Of a stretch of DNA of 24,000 nt, positions 17,630-23,067 are shown piece by piece (positions within the stretch are counted from its first letter, which is position 1; the number at the start of each line of letters is the position of its first letter). Source of the DNA: Methylomagnum ishizawai (lineage in GTDB: Bacteria; Pseudomonadota; Gammaproteobacteria; Methylococcales; Methylomonadaceae); assembly GCA_945861705.1 (NCBI GenBank), contig CAMAVM010000011.1, positions 57,799-81,798 on the forward strand, given 5' to 3'. Under the pieces are notes generated by a model, which saw only the letters and a list, made by a program, of their open reading frames with translations, had not been told where the DNA came from and searched no databases. The position numbers and the translations under genes are program-made.

Positions 17630-17897
17630 TTTTAAGAGCCGCATTAAACAACAACCTTTCCTCTGGGTCGCCAAGTTGAAGGTCAGTGCTGTACTCAAAC
17701 GAACAAAGGCAAGCATTTGAATCATAGAAAACATTTTTTACAAGATGATGCACATTCTCAACAGCAGCAGCCCTAGCAAACAAAATCATTTCGGCGAGTT
17801 CGTGCGCCCTACCATGCCTGGTGCATATCTCTATACCAAAGGCGGACATAGCATCAACGTTTACTTGCTGAACTTTTTCTTCAAAATAATCAATCAT
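17577..17897 (-). CDS. Hypothetical protein (cassette 7). The start is trimmed to MIDYFEEK.
   Basis: The tracked start at 17957 lies inside attC 17915-17983. The ATG at 17897 lies 17 nt beyond the attC edge. Confidence 0.5.
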   Translation of the reverse strand: MIDYFEEKVQQVNVDAMSAFGIEICTRHGRAHELAEMILFARAAAVENVHHLVKNVFYDSNACLCSFEYSTDLQLGDPEERLLFNAALKTIGQFEWFGSCYQKEGY

Positions 17898-17914
17898 GGG
17901 TTTGTTCCTGTAAT

Positions 17915-17983
17915 ACCTAACGTGGAGGTCACCGGCCTTGCGCGGCTTTTCGCGCAAGGTCCGTGTGGACCGCAGGGTTAGAA
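17915..17983 (-). repeat. attC recombination site (69 bp).
   Basis: acctaac-gtggaggtcaccggccttgcgcggcttttcgcgcaaggtccgtgtggaccgcagg-gttagaa. It is very similar to attC 21788-21856. Confidence 0.8.
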
Positions 17984-17987
17984 CGCA

Positions 17988-18722
17988 TTACTTCACCGCC
18001 GGTGGTTGACCACCACGTAGGACCTGAACGGCTGGATCATTTGCAAGCACTTGCACCTCGATTCTCCGCCCAGTATTTGTTCCGAGATATGGCTTCATAG
18101 CGGTAACCATGTATGGAACGACAAGCCGAAGATCACCGCTTGAACCAGTGCTCACAACACTGGTCTTCCATACCTGTGTCATTTTCTTTTCCTTTATATA
18201 GGTCGGCACGTCGTAAGCGTCCAGATATAGAAATCTGGAGTACACCGTATCTGCTCCGACATGCGTTGTTGACCCTGTGACGCCGTAAGTTGGCGTGTAT
18301 GTGGTGGTGCCGGAGTAAGTGGCCATGCCCCCATAGGAAGACACTGTCCCGTAGGTGTTTGACGAGGACACGCCCGTTTGTCCCCAAGTAGGAAGTGAAT
18401 ACGTGTATTGATAGGTTTGGGGATCGCCTATCGCGTAGGCTAGAAAAATCGCTACGTCTGCATCTTGCAACGCCGCGGCCTTGACGAATCCCTTCTCGGA
18501 CAAGACCTTTTCTACGTAAGCCGCGAATTCTTGAAACTGTAGATCGCCAGCCTCGACTCCCTTTCCGCCGGGCAATAGGACGTACCGCTTCTTAGCGACT
18601 GCGTCAGCTTGGGCAAGCGAATCAACGTTCGACAATAACCGGGTTGGCTGCATGCCGGCGCAACCCGACAGAAAGGCGACCCCCATAAGCAGCGATGCCA
18701 AAAAAATGTTTTTGAGACGCAT
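17988..18722 (-). CDS. Lipoprotein (cassette 6), possibly DUF4136-like, with an S/T/G/Y-rich central region.
   Basis: The signal and lipobox read MRLKNIFLASLLMGVAFLSG|C. A low-complexity stretch reads TYQYTYSLPTWGQTGVSSSNTYGTVSSYGGMATYSGTTTYTPTYGVTGSTT. Confidence 0.8.
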   Translation of the reverse strand: MRLKNIFLASLLMGVAFLSGCAGMQPTRLLSNVDSLAQADAVAKKRYVLLPGGKGVEAGDLQFQEFAAYVEKVLSEKGFVKAAALQDADVAIFLAYAIGDPQTYQYTYSLPTWGQTGVSSSNTYGTVSSYGGMATYSGTTTYTPTYGVTGSTTHVGADTVYSRFLYLDAYDVPTYIKEKKMTQVWKTSVVSTGSSGDLRLVVPYMVTAMKPYLGTNTGRRIEVQVLANDPAVQVLRGGQPPAVK

Positions 18723-18750
18723 GAAGCCTTCTTTGTGCGTGGTGTATGCG

Positions 18751-18813
18751 TTCTAACGTAGAATTAACCGGCTCCGCGCTTTTGCGGAGTCCGAGTTGAA
18801 TGTCGGGTTAGGC
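18751..18813 (-). repeat. attC recombination site (63 bp).
   Basis: ttctaac-gtagaattaaccggctccgcgcttttgcggagtccgagttgaatgtcgg-gttaggc. The stop of ORF 18808-19626 lies inside the GTTAGGC core. Confidence 0.75.
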
Positions 18814-19626
18814 CACGATGCATGGTGGAACCCATTGTTCTATGCTGCTGTGACCACGCGGAAGTAAAAGCTCGATACTTCTCTTTCCCCGCTGAATTTG
18901 GCTGATTATGGGATGCTCAGGGTTATTCCGGCTCTCTGTGTCTGGGCCGTAGAAATACCCACAGCCACCATCGCGCGTAGCGCGAAATCTGTTGTTGATG
19001 CTTTCAATGACCTGCGCTGAGTCGGAAAAAACAAAAGTTCCGTAATGGACGTTCGTGCTCCAAAGAACGCCAAGACCATTTACGTCGTTATCAAATATGG
19101 CGCGAACATTCGAGATGCAGCGTTGAATCCAGTACGGCCAGAGGACGCACTCAATACCAAAGTGGCTTTCAGCTTCTGCCTTGCGAATTGACGGATGCTC
19201 AGGGCTTGAGTTGTATTGCGATGGTGCGAAATGACTCGGGCCGTGAAATTCAACGAGTTTTGAAATACCATCAACCGAAACTTTCAGATCGACGCGCCTC
19301 CTGCCCCAAGGCACCTGATGCTCTACGGTGGCGTTTGGATACGCAAGCTCTATCAATTTCACGAGGATCATTTCATCAAGGCTTACGCTAGCATTTCCGA
19401 TTTTGGCAGGTGGGGAATTGGGTATAGCACTTGCGTACCAAAGTTTTTGAAGTTCACGTTCGTCAATGGCCTCGATGCCGTTCCAGTTTTTGAACGGGAC
19501 TGATTGAACGTCACTCTCGGTTACGCCGAGAATTTCGACAACATCGCTTTTGCTCAACATTGAGCCCACGCATGAGTCGCTGCTGTGGAGTTCAAACAAG
19601 CCTTGGGGGCGACCGAGGATTCCCAT
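18808..19626 (-). CDS. Hypothetical protein with a DUF559/Vsr-like (PD-(D/E)xK-type) endonuclease motif (cassette 5).
   Basis: GRRRVDLKVSVDGISKLVEFHGPSHF resembles the D...(V/I)E(F/V)(D/H)G..H core of DUF559/Vsr-fold nucleases. The ORF fills the cassette exactly. Confidence 0.6.
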   Translation of the reverse strand: MGILGRPQGLFELHSSDSCVGSMLSKSDVVEILGVTESDVQSVPFKNWNGIEAIDERELQKLWYASAIPNSPPAKIGNASVSLDEMILVKLIELAYPNATVEHQVPWGRRRVDLKVSVDGISKLVEFHGPSHFAPSQYNSSPEHPSIRKAEAESHFGIECVLWPYWIQRCISNVRAIFDNDVNGLGVLWSTNVHYGTFVFSDSAQVIESINNRFRATRDGGCGYFYGPDTESRNNPEHPIISQIQRGKRSIELLLPRGHSSIEQWVPPCIVA

Positions 19627-19635
19627 ATGTGATTG

Positions 19636-19725
19636 GCCTAACGCAGAGCTAACCGGGCGCGCCCCGCAGGAATGAAGATGGAAACAAAGATTGATGACGC
19701 GCTCCGGTTGAGCGGAGGGTTAGGC
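19636..19725 (-). repeat. attC recombination site (90 bp).
   Basis: gcctaac-gcagagctaaccgggcgcgcc...gcgctccggttgagcggagg-gttaggc. Confidence 0.8.
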
Positions 19726-19746
19726 ATCATTTTACAGGAGATTGGC

Positions 19747-20043
19747 ATGGGTATTTATTATGTAATTGCTTGCGATGAACTAAAAGAAAAAATTGAGCCT
19801 GGGAGCATTAACAATCTGGGTATTAAACAGCGCGCAATCGCTCACCCAGATCACCCGTTTGGTCCGGTATCTGTTTTTGCTCTCGTTACAAGATGGAGAG
19901 ACAAAGCTGCGCGGGTTTTGAACGACGGCGGCGATGATCCTGGATACTTCGAGTACACAGATGTTACACAACAGATTATTGATGAGTACAACTCGGAGTA
20001 TAGGACCGCGTTGAAGTTCACCGGCGACGATGATGACGCATAA
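19747..20043 (+). CDS. Hypothetical 98-aa protein with an acidic C-terminal tail, in the opposite orientation to the array (cassette 4).
   Basis: An AGGAG RBS at 19735-19739 lies 7 nt before the ATG at 19747. The tracked start at 19672 lies inside the attC. The tail reads KFTGDDDDA. The stop overlaps the gcataac core. Confidence 0.55.
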   Translation: MGIYYVIACDELKEKIEPGSINNLGIKQRAIAHPDHPFGPVSVFALVTRWRDKAARVLNDGGDDPGYFEYTDVTQQIIDEYNSEYRTALKFTGDDDDA

Positions 20044-20169
20044 CGTTCGAGCTAAGCTGGCGACAACGGCATGGCGCGCTGGACGGCAAGCGCAAAATGG
20101 GCCGCAGGCCCAGCGCTTGATGGCCAGCGTGACATGCCGTTGGCGCTCAGCTTGAGCGAGGGGTTAGGC
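20038..20169 (-). repeat. attC recombination site (132 bp).
   Basis: gcataac-gttcgagctaagctggcgacaacggcatg...catgccgttggcgctcagcttgagcgagggg-ttaggc has long inverted arms. The tracked ORF 20052-20273 (-) lies almost entirely within it. Confidence 0.75.
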
Positions 20170-20196
20170 CTCGCTGCGCAAGTGCTTGCAAAGCGC

Positions 20197-20225
20197 TTGA
20201 CAAGCACATAGCAAGCGCTTAGAGT
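20197..20225 (+). promoter_or_regulatory. Sigma70-type promoter for the SeqA-like gene.
   Basis: TTGACA (20197-20202) is followed by a 17-nt spacer and TAGAGT (20220-20225), 46 nt upstream of the ATG. It is embedded in four AAG(T/C)GCTT repeats, which are possible operator sites. Confidence 0.5.
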
Positions 20226-20271
20226 GCTTACTACGCGCTGCTTGAGCGTGGGCGATGAGCGAGGGACAACC

Positions 20272-20769
20272 ATGAAGACTATTGATGTTGAAGACGATGT
20301 GTACCACTACATAGCTGCGCAAACCAAGGAGATCGGCGAGCCTGCAACAAGCATTCTTCGGAGGCTGCTAGGCGTGCCTACCAGTGCCCAACCCGCCCAA
20401 CCTAAAGCAGCGATGGTAGCGGCGCAACTGCATGAGTTGGCATTGCTGCTTGCGCAGCCCATGTTCTCTAGTTCGACGACTGCAGTGGCCCGGATGCTCC
20501 GGATCTTCAGGGAGGTTCATGCGCAGAAGAAGCAGGATTTTGCAAAGGTGCTCCAGATCCAGGGTCGCAATAGAGCTTACTTTGCAAAGAGCGAACATGA
20601 AATTTTGAAGTCAGGAAAGAGCACCCAGCCTCGCGAGATTGAAGGTACTGGATTCTGGGTAATGACGAACTCGCCGACGCAGCAAAAGCAGCAGATGGTC
20701 CGCGAAGTGCTCGAAGTGCTTGGGTACAGCCCAGCTGCCACTAAGGCGGCAGTCGCGGTGATTCAATAA
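20272..20769 (+). CDS. seqA: SeqA-like protein (cassette 3), in the opposite orientation to the array.
   Basis: The N-terminus MKTIDVEDDVYHYIAAQTKEIGEPATSILRRLL parallels E. coli SeqA [33 protein letters not shown]. The C-domain GRNRAYFAKSEHEILKSGKSTQPREIEGTGFWVMTNSPTQQK parallels [42 protein letters not shown]. The RBS gaggga lies 5 nt before the ATG at 20272. Confidence 0.8.
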   Translation: MKTIDVEDDVYHYIAAQTKEIGEPATSILRRLLGVPTSAQPAQPKAAMVAAQLHELALLLAQPMFSSSTTAVARMLRIFREVHAQKKQDFAKVLQIQGRNRAYFAKSEHEILKSGKSTQPREIEGTGFWVMTNSPTQQKQQMVREVLEVLGYSPAATKAAVAVIQ

Positions 20770-20800
20770 TCGTGGTGCCGCCAAGGCCTTGTTCTGCGAG

Positions 20801-20911
20801 GCCTAACGTTTAAGCTAATCGGCATTTTGCGGCATGCGGTATTTGGGCGAGAATGAAACGATGCCGAAATACCGCATGCCGCAAAATGTCCGGCTGAGCG
20901 AATGGTTAGCC
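20801..20911 (-). repeat. attC recombination site (111 bp).
   Basis: gcctaac-gtttaagctaatcggcattttgcggcatgcggtat...ataccgcatgccgcaaaatgtccggctgagcgaatg-gttagcc. It abuts the stop of ORF 20913-21770. Confidence 0.8.
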
Positions 20912-20912
20912 A

Positions 20913-21770
20913 TCACTGCGGCAAAATTCCGTCAACAACTTCAACCCCGAGCAAATTGCTCAGGGCCTTCAATTTTGATGGCAGATTGGATTCAAGTACC
21001 AGAATCGCTCGGGCATCGCATGTTCTAGACTGCGACAGCAGTACCGCATCAAGAATGGCTTGATATTTGACGCATTGAAATATTCCTCGAACAATATCAG
21101 GCTCGGCAGACAGTCTTGACTTTACTTCGACGGCAAACCACTGCTTAGCTAGATTGAACGAAACATCTAGTGAATCGCCGGATGGAAGCCTGAACTCTGT
21201 TGTGCCGATTGTTGAAGACGCGGGAAGCCCAACTATTTTCGGGTTCTTGGCGACGTAGTCCTTGAGTCGTTTGTGTTCAGGACTTTCACCACCGCCGAGG
21301 TTGCCTGATGCTTTGACTAGTTCTACTGCGAAATTGACTTCAGCCGGCTCGAGTTCCAAGTCTTCGAGTACACAGGCCCAGTGAGGGTATGCATAAATAT
21401 GTTGCAGCTCAGCCTGCACTATTTCTCGTCTTCTTCGCAATGGAAGCTTGGAGAAATCCTCTTTTGAGATTAGAAACCAGCCAATCCCTTCTCCCGGAAT
21501 GCCTGTCGCTTTGTTGACGACCAAGCACTGGATAGGTGGAATCTTCTCCTTCCACTTCTTTGAGAGTTGCAACATGGCTTGACCAACGCTGCCGAGCACA
21601 TAGTTGAGATTTCTGGGATTTGGCATGCCCAACTCTTCTGCCAGATCAGAGTAGAAAATTGACTTACCGGCAGTAGCTTGTCTAACCAATAGAGGTAGCG
21701 CGGCGCGAGCGCGTTCTTGATACAGCTTATCGCCAGAAATTGAGGAGGCAGTTTTGGCCGTGGTGGGCAT
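20913..21770 (-). CDS. Hypothetical two-domain protein (cassette 2): an N-terminal wHTH-like region and a C-terminal PD-(D/E)xK nuclease-like domain.
   Basis: The C-terminal half reads GGGESPEHKRLKDYVAKNPKIVGL...LPSGDSLDVSF...WFAVEVKS...IFQCVKYQ, which fits a D...(D/E)xK arrangement. The N-terminus reads IPPIQCLVVNKATGIPGEGIGWF. Confidence 0.65.
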   Translation of the reverse strand: MPTTAKTASSISGDKLYQERARAALPLLVRQATAGKSIFYSDLAEELGMPNPRNLNYVLGSVGQAMLQLSKKWKEKIPPIQCLVVNKATGIPGEGIGWFLISKEDFSKLPLRRRREIVQAELQHIYAYPHWACVLEDLELEPAEVNFAVELVKASGNLGGGESPEHKRLKDYVAKNPKIVGLPASSTIGTTEFRLPSGDSLDVSFNLAKQWFAVEVKSRLSAEPDIVRGIFQCVKYQAILDAVLLSQSRTCDARAILVLESNLPSKLKALSNLLGVEVVDGILPQ

Positions 21771-21787
21771 CGGTGACTTTCTGTGAT

Positions 21788-21856
21788 GGCTAACGTGGAG
21801 CTCAGGGGCGCTGCGCGGCTTTATCGCGCAGCGTCCCTTGGAGCGCAGGGTTAGAA
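21788..21856 (-). repeat. attC recombination site (69 bp).
   Basis: ggctaac-gtggagctcaggggcgctgcgcggctttatcgcgcagcgtcccttggagcgcagg-gttagaa. It lies 1 nt from the stop of ORF 21858-22133. Confidence 0.8.
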
Positions 21857-21857
21857 C

Positions 21858-22133
21858 TTAACGCGACCATTCTTGGCATTTGCTTTGCTGCCCAAACATA
21901 TCTGAACTCCGACTATCTTGCCCAGTGAAACCAAGACCCTCGCACACGACTTTTATTCTTCGTCCCAAAGACGAATGAAGCTGGTGAAACGGCGTATCGG
22001 TATCAATCGCGGCCAAGGCATCAACGTAGCGACGTTGGTTTCTATGCGCTAGCTCCCTAATTACTAAGTGGGAATCAAACGGTGCGTTGAGTGATTCAAC
22101 TACTTCGGTTATTGCAACATCCCAATCTTCCAT
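21858..22133 (-). CDS. Hypothetical 91-aa protein (cassette 1, adjacent to attI).
   Basis: The ATG lies 22 nt downstream of the GTTAGAA junction, with aaagg 7 nt upstream. I recognise no motif. Confidence 0.6.
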   Translation of the reverse strand: MEDWDVAITEVVESLNAPFDSHLVIRELAHRNQRRYVDALAAIDTDTPFHQLHSSLGRRIKVVCEGLGFTGQDSRSSDMFGQQSKCQEWSR

Positions 22134-22153
22134 ATCGCTTACCTTTTCTGATG

Positions 22154-22175
22154 AGTTCTAACTACAATTAGACAT
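22154..22175 (-). other. attI-like core at the attI x first-cassette junction.
   Basis: The minus strand reads GTCTAAT-tgta-GTTAGAA, an L/R-box-like inverted pair ending in the GTTRRRY core. It is followed directly by cassette 1. It lies about 110 nt from the intI 5' remnant. Confidence 0.5.
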
Positions 22176-22260
22176 CCCAATAGACGCAAAACATTGCGTC
22201 ATCAGTTTGTCTAAACTTTTATAAAAATGTAAAATAACTTTAATTTCATTCATGTGTGAG

Positions 22261-22288
22261 AATTTAGCACACCCTAAGATAAATGCAA
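22261..22288 (-). promoter_or_regulatory. Candidate cassette promoter (Pc-like) reading into the array.
   Basis: The minus strand reads TTGCAT (22288-22283), a 16-nt spacer, then TGc-TAAATT (-10 at 22266-22261, with an extended-10 TG). The -35 overlaps the ATG of the intI remnant. Confidence 0.3.
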
Positions 22289-22357
22289 TACCTTTCAGAA
22301 AATTTACCCGTACAAGCACCCAAACTGCTCGATAAAGCTAGGGGGAAAATCCATTTA
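22283..22357 (+). pseudogene. Remnant copy of the first 25 codons of intI.
   Basis: It translates as [25 protein letters not shown], against [25 protein letters not shown] at 23068-23142. That is 20/25 identical by hand alignment. After that the sequences diverge. Confidence 0.6.
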
Positions 22358-22459
22358 ACCCGTGGCGTAAAAGGGGCGATAATTGCGTTGCGCCGTATGG
22401 GTTTGAATAAAAACGGTGTGCATTGTGTACTTTTAACGCTTCACTAAGGTAACTGTAAT

Positions 22460-22696
22460 ATGAAAACATCACTGTCTGAGCGTATCACAACCAATCCTGA
22501 AATTTGTCACGGTAAACCCTGTATCCGCGGCTTGCGCTATCCTGTTGAAACCGTTCTAGAATGGTTGGGTTCAGGCATGAGTGCGGAAGAAATTCTTGAC
22601 GATTACCAAGATATTGAACACGAGGATATTCTGGCTGCCCTTAGTTTTGCATCCCGCGTGGTCAAGATTAAACGTATCGAGATGTTAGCGGCATGA
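22460..22696 (+). CDS. DUF433-family antitoxin-like protein.
   Basis: ITTNPEICHGKPCIRGLRYPVETVLEWLGSGMSAEEILDDYQDIEHEDILAAL is the typical DUF433 core. The gene has a 4-nt ATGA overlap with the next gene. Confidence 0.85.
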   Translation: MKTSLSERITTNPEICHGKPCIRGLRYPVETVLEWLGSGMSAEEILDDYQDIEHEDILAALSFASRVVKIKRIEMLAA

Positions 22697-23046
22697 ATTT
22701 TCTTGTCGATGCACATTTGCCACGTCATTTGGCTTTGCTACTGAAAGAGCATGGCTACGATGCTATTCATACTTTGGATTTGGCGGAAGGTAATCGAACG
22801 ACAGATAGCCGAATCAATGAATTATCAGTGAGTGAACAGCGCGTTGTCATCACCAAGGATGCTGATTTCGTCAATTCGTTTTTGATATTGAAACAACCTT
22901 ATAAGCTGTTGCTGGTTTCTACTGGGAATATATCCAACAAGGAGCTTATGGGGATATTTGCGAAGAACTTGCCTCAGATTATTTCGGCACTGACTATTTA
23001 TGATTATCTGGAATTGACTCGCATTTCTTTGATCGAGCATGGATAA
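22693..23046 (+). CDS. DUF5615-family (PIN-like) toxin-like protein.
   Basis: MNFLVDAHLPRHLALLLKEHGYDAIH...VVITKDADF is typical of the DUF5615 partners of DUF433. It is translationally coupled to the upstream gene. Confidence 0.8.
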   Translation: MNFLVDAHLPRHLALLLKEHGYDAIHTLDLAEGNRTTDSRINELSVSEQRVVITKDADFVNSFLILKQPYKLLLVSTGNISNKELMGIFAKNLPQIISALTIYDYLELTRISLIEHG

Positions 23047-23067
23047 CTGATGCAGACACGTGACGCA

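Noticed and set aside
16534-20271. N-terminal extensions of tracked ORFs into attC sites (16534-16623, 17898-17957, 17303-17371, 19672-19746) and, for 20224-20271, into the promoter/leader upstream of the SeqA-like gene.
   Set aside because: The 16534-16623, 17898-17957, 17303-17371 and 19672-19746 extensions are encoded by the conserved attC arms; 20224-20271 lies in the promoter/5' leader just downstream of attC 20038-20169. Better-placed internal ATG codons exist outside the attC cores, two of them with clear RBSs at 19735-19739 and 20261-20266.
20052-20273. Minus-strand ORF of 73 aa.
   Set aside because: It lies almost entirely inside the 132-bp attC (20038-20169) and the promoter region of the SeqA-like gene. 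Its openness is a by-product of the GC-rich palindrome.
15956-21856. Regularly spaced repeats that might be read as a CRISPR array.
   Set aside because: The repeats vary in length (63-132 bp), are internally palindromic and have RYYYAAC/GTTRRRY ends. The intervals between them are 370-990 bp and contain full ORFs. These are attC sites, not CRISPR repeats. No cas genes are present.
22440-22475. Possible LexA box (ctgtaatatgaaaacat) at the TA start, and a wider search for CTGT-N8-ACAG between attI and intI.
   Set aside because: The right half-site reads AACA, not ACAG. No other CTGT-N8-ACAG is visible in 22160-23070. SOS control of this intI cannot be claimed from the sequence.
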